Numbered from the stretch's first letter, positions 40,387 to 50,595 are shown. The stretch is 64,000 nt of DNA from Nitrospirota bacterium (GCA_963710375.1 CAVPZX010000003.1:192001-256000); one strand, 5' to 3'. The notes: generated by a model from the letters alone, not told the origin. Made by a program: numbers and translations.

Positions 40387-41571
40387 ATGAACATCAAAAC
40401 ACCAAAGGGATTTCTTTTTTCGACTGTTGAGGCAGCAATAAAGAAGCCGGGCAGGAAGGACCTTGCGCTTATTTATTCTGAAAAGGAATCGGTCGTTGCA
40501 GGCATGTTCACCACCAATGCTGTCAAGGCTGCGCCTGTGAAGCTAGACATGAAACGTATAAGGTCGGGGAAAGGACAGGCTATTATTGTCAACAGCGGAA
40601 ATGCTAATGCATGTACTGCAGAACAGGGCATGAAGGACGCGATGGAAATGGCGGCGCGTACTGCAGAAGCGTTGGAATTGAAAGCCGGTTCTGTTTATGT
40701 ATGCTCTACAGGCGTTATAGGCATACCCATGCCAATGGAGAGGATAAGGTTGAAGATCTCAGGACTTTCAGAATCCCTGGGCCGGTCAACCATTGAGGAT
40801 GTTGCCGCAGCTATTATGACGACCGATACTTTCCCTAAGATAGTCAGCAGGAAGATAAAGGTAAACGGCTCCTTTTTGACAATTTCGGGCATATGCAAGG
40901 GTGCAGGGATGATATGCCCCGATATGGCCACAATGCTTTGCTTTATTATGACCGACGCGAGCATTGAGCGTTCCGCGCTCGACAGCGCACTGAGAAGCGC
41001 CGTGGAGCGGTCTTTCAATATAATTACGGTCGATGGTGATATGTCGACTAACGATACGGTCTTGCTGATGGCAAACGGCATGGCGGGCAATGACCTGATA
41101 AGGGAACCATCTGCCGCCTTTGAGCGTTTCTTATCGGCGCTTTCACAAATCACAATGGAGTTAAGCGAGCTGATAATAAAAGACGGTGAGGGCGCGTCGA
41201 AGTTTGTAAAAGTTGTGGTAAGAAATGCCAGGAACGATGAGGAAGCCAAAAAAGGGGCCTTTGCAATTGCTAATTCGATGCTGGTCAAGACCGCGCTTTA
41301 CGGCAATGATGCGAACTGGGGAAGAATTATTGCTGCCCTCGGGTATTCGGGAATGACTATCAGAGAGGACAAGACCGATATTATGCTGAACGGCATCAGG
41401 GTGGCGAATAAAGGGAAAAGCACGGGTAAAGATAGCGAGGCTAATGCCCGGCTCAAGGACAAGGAGGTAACAATAGTGGCCGATCTCCATCTTGGAAAAG
41501 GCGCCGCTGCTGTGCTGACCTGTGATCTGACCGAAGATTACGTTAAAATTAATGCTGAATACAGGACATAA
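40387..41571 (+). CDS. argJ: Ornithine acetyltransferase / N-acetylglutamate synthase
   Basis: NSGNANACT, STGVIG, MTTDT, KGAGMICPDMATML, DGEGA, NAEYRT. Confidence 0.96.
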   Translation: MNIKTPKGFLFSTVEAAIKKPGRKDLALIYSEKESVVAGMFTTNAVKAAPVKLDMKRIRSGKGQAIIVNSGNANACTAEQGMKDAMEMAARTAEALELKAGSVYVCSTGVIGIPMPMERIRLKISGLSESLGRSTIEDVAAAIMTTDTFPKIVSRKIKVNGSFLTISGICKGAGMICPDMATMLCFIMTDASIERSALDSALRSAVERSFNIITVDGDMSTNDTVLLMANGMAGNDLIREPSAAFERFLSALSQITMELSELIIKDGEGASKFVKVVVRNARNDEEAKKGAFAIANSMLVKTALYGNDANWGRIIAALGYSGMTIREDKTDIMLNGIRVANKGKSTGKDSEANARLKDKEVTIVADLHLGKGAAAVLTCDLTEDYVKINAEYRT

Positions 41572-41626
41572 TAATAGGGAAGGGTCTGCGAATAAACAAC
41601 TTCTGCATATTGACTTTACCGCCGTC

Positions 41627-44101
41627 ATGAAATTAAAAACCAAATTCATATTAATCGTCTCGATCTTTGTTATTACCATGCTGGCACTAGCCGCGTTCTT
41701 CACCTTTTCACACTACAAAAAATCCATTAAAACAACTATTGATCAGCAGCAATTCCTCATGGTCTCCATACTTGCAGCTGAAATTGACACTAAACTTTTG
41801 ACCGCTCAACAGGATCTTATCATGGTTGCAAAGGCCGCTCCCCCGGACATAATGCAAAATACTGAAAAGGCGCAGGCCTTCCTTGACAACAGGCCGATTA
41901 TGCACACATTATTCGACAATCATCTTTTCTTGTACACGCCATCAGGCAAAATATTCGTTGAATCACCATACATTCCCGGCAGAAGGGGACTGGACCTTTC
42001 TTTCCGCGAGTACATAATAAATACCCTTAAAACAAACAAACCCTATATCTCTGATCCGTATGTGTCCTCGCAGCCGCATAAACATCCGGTCATCGCCTTC
42101 ACAGTGCCTCTTTTTGACGCCAAAGGCAAAATAACGGGCATATTAGCCGGGAGCATCGACCTCATGAGGGATAACTTTCTGGGGAGAATAAGCACTGTAA
42201 ATATAGGTAAAGAAGGTTATCTCTATCTGACTGCCACGGACAGGACCTTGATTATGCATCCTGACAAGAAGAGGATCATGACAAAACTAACTCCCGGCTT
42301 TAACAGGCTTTACGATAAGGCCATAGAGGGATTTGAGGGCACTGACGAAACCATAACGTCATACGGTATAAAAATGGTTTCTTCTTTCAAGCGGCTGAAG
42401 GCAAAAAACTGGATCCTGGGTGCAAACTATCCTCAAGCTGAAGCATATAGTCCTATCCGGCAGGCGGAACACTATTTTTTAATCGCCACTATTGCAGGGA
42501 TCATAGCGGTATTTTTTATCATTTCCTTCATAATAAAATATTTGACAAAACCTCTTGAACTTTTCACCCGTCACGTTGAGGACCTTCCACAAAAAACAGG
42601 GGATGAGAGATTCCTGGACATAAAGACAAAAGATGAGATTGGAACGCTTTCCCTGGCATTCAATAAGATGGTGACCGAGATTGACAAGAGGTCGGCACTG
42701 CAGCGGAGTGAAGAGCTATACAGGACCGTCATAGAGTTTTCGACAGATTTAGTTTATTGGAGGGCCCCTGACAACAAAATAATCTACGTATCTGAAAACT
42801 GCGAAAAGTTCTGCGGCTATACAGAAGAAGAGTTCTATGCGTCCCCTGAGCTTCTGGAAACGATGATACATCCTGAGGACCGTAATATATGGTCAGAACA
42901 TACGCGTGACATAGAAAGTAAAAGCGTTTGCGAACAGTTGGAACTCCGCATTGTGACCAAGAGCGGCCAAGTCCGCTGGATCTCCCATAATTGCCTGCCG
43001 GTATACGATAAAAAAGGAAATTATCAGGGACGGCGTGCGATCCACCAGGATACCACCGTACACAAGCAGTTTGAGGAAGCGCTGATAAGATCGTATATGC
43101 AATTGGACCGCCGTGTAGAGGAACGCACAAATGAATTATCTATCGCTAACGCTGCGTTGCAAACAGAGATATATGAACGGAAACTGGCTGAAGCGTCCCT
43201 GCGGGATAGCGAGGAACGTTTGAGTCTGGCATTGAAAGCAGCAGGACAGTCTATTTTTGATTCTGATTTAAAAACAGGAGAAATTATAATAAGCCCTGAG
43301 TATGCCCTTATGCTTGGCTATGATCCCGCTGAATTTCACGAGACCACCACAAAATGGATTGATAGACTGCACCCTGATGACAAGGAGCTGATAGTTGCTG
43401 TTTACAGAGCGTATATCAAGGGTGAAATACCGGAATACAAAGTGGAGTTCAGGCAGAAGACAAAGGACGGCGGTTGGAAATGGATACTGTCTTTGGGCGA
43501 AATCATTAAACGTGATGCAGACGGCAATCCGCTGCGCATGATCGGAACTCATACTGATATTACCGAGCGTAAGCAAGCGGAAGAGAAGATTCGCCACTTG
43601 GCAACCCACGATGCGTTAACGAACTTGCCCAGTCTGAGACTGGCAAAAGACCGCATATTAATGGCCCTGGAACTGGCTAAGCGAAATAAAAAATTGGCGG
43701 CAATAATGTATCTAGATCTGGACGGCTTCAAGGATGTGAATGATAACTATGGGCATGACGCGGGGGATATCCTGCTTAAAGAGGTGGGGAAGCGCCTTCT
43801 TTCCTGTGTTCGCAAAGTCGATACGGTTGCCCGTATCGGTGGCGACGAATTTCTGCTGATCTTGACAGAACTGCAATCTACTGAATGCGCGGCGCTGATT
43901 GCCAAGAGAGCACTCCAGCTCATGTCCCAACCTTTTGACCTTTATGGCAGGCTGGCTACAGTTGGGGCAAGTATCGGGATCGCGTTCTACCCGGACCACG
44001 GCGATGATGCCGATAGTTTAATTAGGCTGGCAGATGAAGCTATGTATGTAATTAAACATTCCGGGAAAAACGGATACACTTTTGTTAATCCTGCGAAGTA
44101 G
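41627..44101 (+). CDS. Membrane diguanylate cyclase (dCache-HAMP-PAS-PAS-GGDEF)
   Basis: Two TM segments, Cache motif YISDPY, HAMP DEIGTL, GGDEF with RKVD I-site; likely ATG 41627. Confidence 0.9.
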   Translation: MKLKTKFILIVSIFVITMLALAAFFTFSHYKKSIKTTIDQQQFLMVSILAAEIDTKLLTAQQDLIMVAKAAPPDIMQNTEKAQAFLDNRPIMHTLFDNHLFLYTPSGKIFVESPYIPGRRGLDLSFREYIINTLKTNKPYISDPYVSSQPHKHPVIAFTVPLFDAKGKITGILAGSIDLMRDNFLGRISTVNIGKEGYLYLTATDRTLIMHPDKKRIMTKLTPGFNRLYDKAIEGFEGTDETITSYGIKMVSSFKRLKAKNWILGANYPQAEAYSPIRQAEHYFLIATIAGIIAVFFIISFIIKYLTKPLELFTRHVEDLPQKTGDERFLDIKTKDEIGTLSLAFNKMVTEIDKRSALQRSEELYRTVIEFSTDLVYWRAPDNKIIYVSENCEKFCGYTEEEFYASPELLETMIHPEDRNIWSEHTRDIESKSVCEQLELRIVTKSGQVRWISHNCLPVYDKKGNYQGRRAIHQDTTVHKQFEEALIRSYMQLDRRVEERTNELSIANAALQTEIYERKLAEASLRDSEERLSLALKAAGQSIFDSDLKTGEIIISPEYALMLGYDPAEFHETTTKWIDRLHPDDKELIVAVYRAYIKGEIPEYKVEFRQKTKDGGWKWILSLGEIIKRDADGNPLRMIGTHTDITERKQAEEKIRHLATHDALTNLPSLRLAKDRILMALELAKRNKKLAAIMYLDLDGFKDVNDNYGHDAGDILLKEVGKRLLSCVRKVDTVARIGGDEFLLILTELQSTECAALIAKRALQLMSQPFDLYGRLATVGASIGIAFYPDHGDDADSLIRLADEAMYVIKHSGKNGYTFVNPAK

Positions 44102-44115
44102 TCTTTGATTTCGGG

Positions 44116-45328
44116 CTACAGTGGAACTATTCTCAGAAATTTTCTTTTTCCGGCTTTTATAAGATAACTGCCTTTTGCTATCTTCATGTTGGGGTCATCA
44201 ACCTTCTGTTCATCTATACTGACTGCGCCCTGTTTTATAAGCCTCATTGCCTCGCCTGTGCCTGAGACGAGTCCCGATGTTTTTAGGATCTGTGGAAGCC
44301 ACATGTTTTCCTCACTCCAGTGAAGCTCAAAAACAGGGATTTCATCAGGGGTCCCTTTTTCTTTAAAGACCTTGTCGAATTCCTCCTTGGCATGAAACGC
44401 AGCTTCCTTTCCCCAATATCTATCCACGAGTTCGAGGGCAAGGTCTTCTTTTGCTTTTTTTGGATGCAGAGTTGCGGACCGCAGACCCTCTTTGAGGTCA
44501 TGCAAAGCCTCATTGGTGATGTGGCTCAGCAGTTCGTAATACTTGATCATTATAGTATCATTAATGGATAGCAGTTTCCCGTACATGTCTTTCGGTGGGT
44601 CAAAAATTCCGACATAGTTGCCCAGACTTTTCGACATCTTTTTCACGCCGTCGAGCCCCTCCAGCAGCGGCATGATCACAAGCGCTTGCGGAGGCTGGCC
44701 GTATTCCTGCTGCAACTCTCTGCCCATCAGCAGATTGAAGCGCTGGTCCGTGCCTCCCAGTTCCACGTCTGCACTTAGGGCCACAGAGTCGTATCCCTGA
44801 AGCAACGGGTACATGAATTCGTGTATTCCTATCGGACTCTGGCTGTTAAACCGCTGCTTGAAATCTTCACGCTCAAGCATTCGCGCCACAGTTTGTTTCG
44901 CCTGCAGTCTTACTATCTCCATCGCAGTCATCTTCATCAACCATTCACTATTGAACCGGATAAGTGTCTTTTCCGGATCAAGTATTTTAAATACCTGTTC
45001 CTTATAGGTTTCGGCGTTTTTTAACACGTCCTCTCTTGTCAAAGGCTTTCTCGTCTCGGATTTGCCGGTTGGATCACCGATTATACCGGTAAAATCCCCT
45101 ATCAGGAAAATGATTTCGTGACCCAGTTCCTGAAACTGGCGCATCTTCTCAAGCAGTACGGTGTGGCCGAGATGAATATCGGGAGCTGTCGGGTCAAACC
45201 CCGCTTTTACACGCAAGGGTTTTCTTTCTTTGCAGGATTTCTCGAGTTTGTGGAGCAGACTCTTTTTCGAGGATGATTTCTACAGTTCCTCTCTTGATTG
45301 TGGCCAACTGTTCTTCAGGAGAAAGCAT
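44116..45328 (-). CDS. tyrS: Tyrosine--tRNA ligase (+1 frameshift at 45259, probable sequence error)
   Basis: [19 protein letters not shown]-terminal S4 domain; N-terminus [12 protein letters not shown] lies in another frame. Confidence 0.95.
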
Positions 45329-45383
45329 GGCTACTATAATAAAATTTGCAGGCTGGCCAGGTCAAATAAGGAGCGCATGCTGC

Positions 45384-45995
45384 TCAGGACTTCAGACAGA
45401 TAATTTTCTTGGGTCCATTAGCCAAAGCACGGACATGGTGGACGTTGGGATGTTTGTAATGCTCCTTATTGAAATAGGCAATGAGTTTTTTGACCAGGAT
45501 GTCCGGGTCTTTGCCGTATATCACTTTGGCGCCGGTCCTTTTCTTCACGATTTTGACGATATTCCTGATTTCAGATGCAATGCCGCCACTGCTGTCAATG
45601 ACGCCGATTAACTTGCCCTCGTCGTAAGCTATCGCGAATTCACCGAGAGTGCCTGAACGACCTCCGATTATAACTACGATGTCGGAGCTTCGTATATTCA
45701 CAACCTCTCTGCCCATGAGCCCGCTTCCCGTATATATCAGCACATCATGGTACTCTAGAGGAGAATGGTATCTGTTCACGTGTTCCAGTTCGCTCAGCGC
45801 AGGTGAAATGCCGACTACTATCCCGCCAGCCTCATGTGCTCCCTTTGCAGCCTCAAGAGGCAAGCCGGGACAGGCCCCGGTAATGGTCATGCAGTCGTTT
45901 TGAGCGATGGCATAGCCCAATTTATAAGCGATCTTCTTTTGACTATTTAAAATGGTCCCGGTTGCAGACCCCATAACGCCGATTTTTAATTTCAT
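45384..45995 (-). CDS. LOG/SLOG-family (TIGR00725-like) nucleotide-binding protein
   Basis: KIGVMGS, TGACPG, GRSGTLGEFAIA; GGAGG before ATG 45995. Confidence 0.8.
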   Translation of the reverse strand: MKLKIGVMGSATGTILNSQKKIAYKLGYAIAQNDCMTITGACPGLPLEAAKGAHEAGGIVVGISPALSELEHVNRYHSPLEYHDVLIYTGSGLMGREVVNIRSSDIVVIIGGRSGTLGEFAIAYDEGKLIGVIDSSGGIASEIRNIVKIVKKRTGAKVIYGKDPDILVKKLIAYFNKEHYKHPNVHHVRALANGPKKIICLKS

Positions 45996-46026
45996 ATCCA
46001 CCCTCCGATAAATGATTAAAAAACTT

Positions 46027-46133
46027 AACCACTGAGGCACTGAGACACAGAGTTAGACGAGAGCAAAAAAGAAAAAAATCCTTTCCTTTTTAAATGCCAT
46101 CATCTTTTTCTGTGCCTCTGTGTCTCTGTGGTT
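46027..46133. repeat. Inverted arrays of 9-mer CACWGAG / CTCTGTG repeats
   Basis: aaccactgaggcactgagacacagag ... ttctgtgcctctgtgtctctgtggtt. Confidence 0.8.
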
Positions 46134-46263
46134 TCACAGTTTTATCTTCTTTTTTCATGAAGCTTTTGACATTACCAAGATTTTCATTTTTGAACTTTTC
46201 ACACTTCATCGTATCCGCAATTATACCAGTTTCATATATTGCGAATCTCAGGAAGCACTGCGC

Positions 46264-46352
46264 TTGACAAGGAACGGTCGCTTTGCTAATGTATAAGCAG
46301 GCCATGAAGGCTTGGACCACGAAGGTTATGGAGCTTTCGTGGTTTTTTATTT
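46264..46352 (+). promoter_or_regulatory. Sigma70 promoter plus twin-hairpin leader with overlapping terminator
   Basis: TTGACA-17-TAATGT; AGGCC-ATGAA-GGCTT; GACC-ACGAA-GGTT; terminator accacgaaggt/gctttcgtggt plus T tract. Confidence 0.65.
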
Positions 46353-46376
46353 GTGGAAGGGTAAGGGGTGCTTATT

Positions 46377-46712
46377 ATGACACCATTTCAGAAAAAGCTG
46401 CTGGCTGGACTTTTGATAATGGCGGTTCTTTCGCCTCTTGGCATTTTGCTTCCCAAACAGTTCAGCGCCGGGGACGCATGGGGAGAATGGGACATAGGTA
46501 AGATCGAAAGGCTTATCGGGTATGTGCCGGAAGGCATGAAAAAAATTGCCGGGATATGGAAGGCGCCTGTCCGCGACTATAATTTCGGCGGAGAGAACTC
46601 GCCTCTGGTTGCACAGGCGCTTTATTATATTATTTCTGGGTTTTTAGGAATCATTGTTGCGGGCAGCGTCGTTTATCTGATTTCCAGATTGTTTGTGAAG
46701 AATGGAAAATAA
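46377..46712 (+). CDS. PDGLE-domain (CbiN/NikN-like) membrane component of Ni/Co ECF transporter
   Basis: LSPLG...AWGEW...VPEG...APVRDY; two TM segments. Confidence 0.75.
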   Translation: MTPFQKKLLAGLLIMAVLSPLGILLPKQFSAGDAWGEWDIGKIERLIGYVPEGMKKIAGIWKAPVRDYNFGGENSPLVAQALYYIISGFLGIIVAGSVVYLISRLFVKNGK

Positions 46713-47640
46713 TATCCCCTCTTTTCTTTTGGAAAGACACGCCCCGGGCCTGCCCATATTCAAAACATCCAAAAAATCATCCCTGAGGAGTTCTTTTGTC
46801 GATAAGGGACTAAGTTACATTGCCGGAGTGGTCAAGGCAGGTTATGTCCAATGGGAACTGGCATCGACAAAAGGTTTTCTTCAGAAATTCGACGCGAGGG
46901 CTAAAGTCTTTTTCTTATTGTTTTTCATAGGTATCATAAGTTTTAAACAGTCGGTCTATGCCGAAGTGAGCGTAGGGATATTCATCTTTGCCCTTGCTGT
47001 CTTTTCAGGGATAAATGTTGCAGACTTTTATAGAAGAGTGTTATTTTTCGGGTTTTTTTTTGGCTTTATAATTGCGCTTCCGGCTTCCCTGAATACTATC
47101 ACCGGCGGGGAACTCGTCGTGCGTCTGGTCGAACTCCCGAAGCCGTATGATTTTTTGGGTTATCATATTCCCAGGCTGATCGGCATCACAAGGCAAGGCA
47201 TTACCGGTGTCATGATGCTCACGCTCAGGGTAGCAAATTCGGTGGCCCTGTCGTTACTGGTGATCTCTACGACACCATTCCCTTCGCTGGTCAAGGCTTT
47301 AAAGGTGTTGAGAGTGCCCGATGTTTTTTTAATGATACTTACATTGACCTATAAATATATTTTTATTTTTGCCGGAACGATTGAAGATATGTATCTCGCA
47401 AAAAAAAGTCGTCTGGCCGGGCGGGCGAACGGAGTTGACGGGCGCATATGGGTTGCCGGCAGAATAGCATTTATTTTCAAAAAAACGCAGCTGCGATGCG
47501 AGGAAGTGTTCAAGGCCATGCTGTCTCGCGGTTTTTCAGATGATATGCGATTTTACGGCTGCCGGCTTTTCGGAACGGGAGACCGGCTCTTTACCGTGTT
47601 CATACTTTTTTCAGGTACCATCATTTGTGCCTGTCTATAA
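46702..47640 (+). CDS. cbiQ: Ni/Co ECF transporter T component
   Basis: LQKFDARAK, TTPF..L..AL..LRVP, YKYIF, AKKSR, AMLSRGF. Confidence 0.85.
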   Translation: MENNIPSFLLERHAPGLPIFKTSKKSSLRSSFVDKGLSYIAGVVKAGYVQWELASTKGFLQKFDARAKVFFLLFFIGIISFKQSVYAEVSVGIFIFALAVFSGINVADFYRRVLFFGFFFGFIIALPASLNTITGGELVVRLVELPKPYDFLGYHIPRLIGITRQGITGVMMLTLRVANSVALSLLVISTTPFPSLVKALKVLRVPDVFLMILTLTYKYIFIFAGTIEDMYLAKKSRLAGRANGVDGRIWVAGRIAFIFKKTQLRCEEVFKAMLSRGFSDDMRFYGCRLFGTGDRLFTVFILFSGTIICACL

Positions 47641-47650
47641 AGAAACTATA

Positions 47651-47766
47651 AAATAGTGAATCGTGAAATGTGAAAGGTGAATAGTTAAAAGCTAAAGATT
47701 TTTTTGTTTTGTGTTTTGTCTTGAGCCGTGTACTATTCACCATTTACCTTTCACTATTCACATTTT
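47651..47766. repeat. Inverted arrays of heptamer repeats (GAATAGT-like / ACTATTC-like)
   Basis: aaatagt gaatcgt gaaatgt gaaaggt gaatagt ... actattc accattt acctttc actattc acatttt. Confidence 0.85.
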
Positions 47767-47779
47767 GGTGAGGTGATGT

Positions 47780-48616
47780 GTGGAACCTATATTAAGGATT
47801 GAAAACGTAAGCTATCGTTATTACGACAGGATTCCAGCCCTTATAGATGTCAGCCTGAGCATAAGTGCCGGCGAGCGTTTCGCTGTTATAGGAGCAAACG
47901 GAAGCGGAAAATCTACGCTCCTGCAGATAATGGGCGGTCTTATCTATCCTTCAAAGCCTTCTGCGTCTTCGGGATCCCTGGACGGATTTGTCTATTTTAA
48001 AGGCAATGAGGTATCGGAGAAAACGCTGCGTGGCGAGGATTTCCTGCGCTATTTCCGGTGCAGCGTCGGCTTCGTATTCCAGGATTCCGACGTACAGCTT
48101 TTTAGTCCTACAGTGCTTGATGAAGTGCTTTATGGCCCGTTGCAGTTGCATATGAATGAAACTGAAGCGCTAGACAGGGCGTCTGAAGTAATGAAGATGC
48201 TGAATATCGAAGGATTGAAAGAGAGGCCGTCTTATATGCTTTCCGGTGGTGAAAAAAAGCGTGTCGCAATCGCTTCAGTCCTTACCATGAACCCGGAAGT
48301 CCTGCTTTTCGATGAGCCGACAAGTGGTCTCGATCCGAGGACGCAGTGTTTTCTTATGGAACTTCTTGTGGCCTTGAACGAGGCGGGGAAAACAATCGTG
48401 ATAGCTACTCATGATCTTTCACTTGTCGGAGAACTGCACGCAAAGGTGGCTGTTTTATCCGAAGACCACAGTATCGAGAAGACAGGCAGTTCTGATGATA
48501 TCCTGAGAGATGAGGAGCTGCTTTTGAAAGTGAATTTAATACACGAACATATTCATTTCCATGGTAAAACAGCCCATACCCATCTGCATTCACACTTTCT
48601 TTTTCATCAGCATTAG
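47780..48616 (+). CDS. cbiO: Ni/Co ECF transporter ATPase with His-rich tail
   Basis: GANGSGKST, VFQD, LSGGEKKR, DEPT, ATHD; HEHIHFHGKTAHTHLHSH. Confidence 0.88.
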   Translation: MEPILRIENVSYRYYDRIPALIDVSLSISAGERFAVIGANGSGKSTLLQIMGGLIYPSKPSASSGSLDGFVYFKGNEVSEKTLRGEDFLRYFRCSVGFVFQDSDVQLFSPTVLDEVLYGPLQLHMNETEALDRASEVMKMLNIEGLKERPSYMLSGGEKKRVAIASVLTMNPEVLLFDEPTSGLDPRTQCFLMELLVALNEAGKTIVIATHDLSLVGELHAKVAVLSEDHSIEKTGSSDDILRDEELLLKVNLIHEHIHFHGKTAHTHLHSHFLFHQH

Positions 48617-48699
48617 TGTTGAGCCGCTCGAATTAAAAAAATAATCAAAGACAGACCAATGTGATAACAACACAGGATTTCCTGCAGGCGCTATAGTAC

Positions 48700-49200
48700 C
48701 TAGATCGGGCAAATACCATCCCGTTTACATTGTTCTTCTTTCCTGCGAAGCTCAAGCCGTGCCTTCCTACGCATGATCGCCTCTTGATTTCTTCTTCTAT
48801 CGTCATCTGTATCCAGTATCAGCTCGGGCACTTGCGTAGGTTTTCCATCAGGACCAAGAGCAACAAATGTTAGATATGCCGACGATGTATGCCTGATCTC
48901 GCCCGTAATGGAGTTTTCAGCCTCAACCCTGACACCAATCTCCATCGAGGTCTTGCCAACCATATTAATGCACGCCTTAAGCCAAAGCAGATCACCCACG
49001 AATACAGGATTATGGAAGGCCATCATATCTATAGAAGCGGTGACCGTGTTTGATCGAGCATGACGACTAGATACTACACCTGCTGCTGTATCAATCAGCT
49101 TCATTATCACGCCACCATGCACATTACCGGCCGGATTTGCATCCTGAGGCAGCATAACTTGAGCCATCACTACTGAGCTTTCCTTTATGGTTTTTTTCAT
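48700..49200 (-). CDS. HotDog acyl-CoA thioesterase (YciA-like)
   Basis: DANPAGNVHGG, VGKTSMEIGV, YLTFVAL. Confidence 0.9.
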   Translation of the reverse strand: MKKTIKESSVVMAQVMLPQDANPAGNVHGGVIMKLIDTAAGVVSSRHARSNTVTASIDMMAFHNPVFVGDLLWLKACINMVGKTSMEIGVRVEAENSITGEIRHTSSAYLTFVALGPDGKPTQVPELILDTDDDRRRNQEAIMRRKARLELRRKEEQCKRDGICPI

Positions 49201-49230
49201 GTAGCCTCCTTCAGACGTTCTACGCTGCTC

Positions 49231-49500
49231 TCACTCCTTGTCCTCCGTTTTATACAGCTGGTACTGGATAGCGTCTATGCCCTTCATAATTAGCTCTGCC
49301 AGCTCAATAACTCGCATAAAGCGACCCTGCCGCTCTTGATCCGTTAGTGCCCTAATCGCAAGGCGGAGTTGGTCCGCCTGCTTTTGTGTCTGCCTGACGA
49401 TATGCTTTGCCGCTTCATTCCGCTTGTCATTGCGCGCTAATTGCCCCTGAATCTCCTCAGCCGACAACTTCACTTTCGGGGGTTTAGAATCATCTGCCAT
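49231..49500 (-). CDS. Hypothetical helical protein
   Basis: GGAGG RBS, 89 aa, same strand as neighbours. Confidence 0.55.
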   Translation of the reverse strand: MADDSKPPKVKLSAEEIQGQLARNDKRNEAAKHIVRQTQKQADQLRLAIRALTDQERQGRFMRVIELAELIMKGIDAIQYQLYKTEDKE

Positions 49501-49588
49501 GCTTATGGCCTCCTAACATAACTGATTTCGCAAACTATAGTCATGGTCTCAATAACCTGCACTACACAGTCATGAGAAATTGCCTTAC

Positions 49589-49885
49589 TTATGCGATCTT
49601 CAGTTCTTTTCGAATCTTTTCAGCAACCCATTGCCGCATCAGCGTTTGGTACGGGATGCCCCTTTTCGTTGCCACCTTCTTGATCGAAATTAGATAAAGC
49701 GGGTCAAGCTTAATGGTAACATTTTGCAGCTTGCGCCTCCGCTTGCCTGTCACAATATCCTTTGCAAGCGCCTCATCCAGACTAATGGCAATATCCCCAG
49801 CTATGATCTCGCCAAGAACACCTTGTTTATCATAATATTCCTCATCTGTCATTGTCTTTTCCGCCCTAGCTTTCATAATCTTCAT
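49589..49885 (-). CDS. BrnA/CopG-like antitoxin
   Basis: VTIKLD...IKKVA..RGIPYQTLMRQWV. Confidence 0.8.
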   Translation of the reverse strand: MKIMKARAEKTMTDEEYYDKQGVLGEIIAGDIAISLDEALAKDIVTGKRRRKLQNVTIKLDPLYLISIKKVATKRGIPYQTLMRQWVAEKIRKELKIA

Positions 49886-49897
49886 CTCCTTCCGGGC

Positions 49898-50170
49898 TTA
49901 GCCCTGGTGTTTCTGCCAGTATCTGATCTCGGTCCTGTCCATGTCCCATCCGGTAATAACTCTTGCTACACTGTTCTGTTGAAACTCAAACACAATGGTG
50001 AGATAACGCCCTTCATGTGTTGGCCCCATTGCGACGTAGTGTCCTCTCTTCGTCTTTCGGTACAAAGGCTTATAAACAAAAACTTCCTCCGCCTCCTCGG
50101 GTTTCACTCCATGACCCAATTCAAGGTGAACGACGTTACCCTCATCCCATTCAAAATCCTTTATCCTCAA
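49898..50170 (-). CDS. BrnT-family toxin
   Basis: FEWDEGN..H...HGV..EEAEEVF...G.T..GRYL.IVF...RVITG..M. Confidence 0.85.
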   Translation of the reverse strand: MRIKDFEWDEGNVVHLELGHGVKPEEAEEVFVYKPLYRKTKRGHYVAMGPTHEGRYLTIVFEFQQNSVARVITGWDMDRTEIRYWQKHQG

Positions 50171-50357
50171 TGATGACTCCTTCTAAGAGTAATACATTGT
50201 AGGACTTTTTGCTAGGAATGTCAACATCATAGAGCGGGTCCGGATGAATTGGTCAATAGCCGGTTAGTGATGTTATAATAAAAGAGTTGTTGCTTTTAGA
50301 GTGTCGTCGATTGTGTCTGCTATTAAACACCAGTACGTTAAGGAGGGAGTGTTCTTT

Positions 50358-50558
50358 ATGAATGAACTGGAGAAACTCGAAAAATTGTTTTACCACTGGA
50401 AGGAACATAATATGGAACATGCTGAGACATACCGGAAGTGGGCCGATAAAACTGCTCGCCTCGGTCAGCATAAGTTGTCTGAAATTCTTGCCCGCCTCTC
50501 TGACGATACTAAGGCCATGGACAAGCTTTTTGATGAGGGTGCCCAGTCGATAAGATAG
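50358..50558 (+). CDS. Small helical His-containing hypothetical protein (possible metal binding)
   Basis: AGGAGG RBS; HWKEHNMEHAETYRKWA. Confidence 0.6.
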   Translation: MNELEKLEKLFYHWKEHNMEHAETYRKWADKTARLGQHKLSEILARLSDDTKAMDKLFDEGAQSIR

Positions 50559-50595
50559 GCGAGATTCCTTTTTCTGCAGGCTGCTTGACAACATA

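Noticed and set aside
46140..46376. Cobalamin or NiCo riboswitch upstream of the ECF genes
   Set aside because: No B12 box or four-way junction, and the predicted leader is only ~80 nt.
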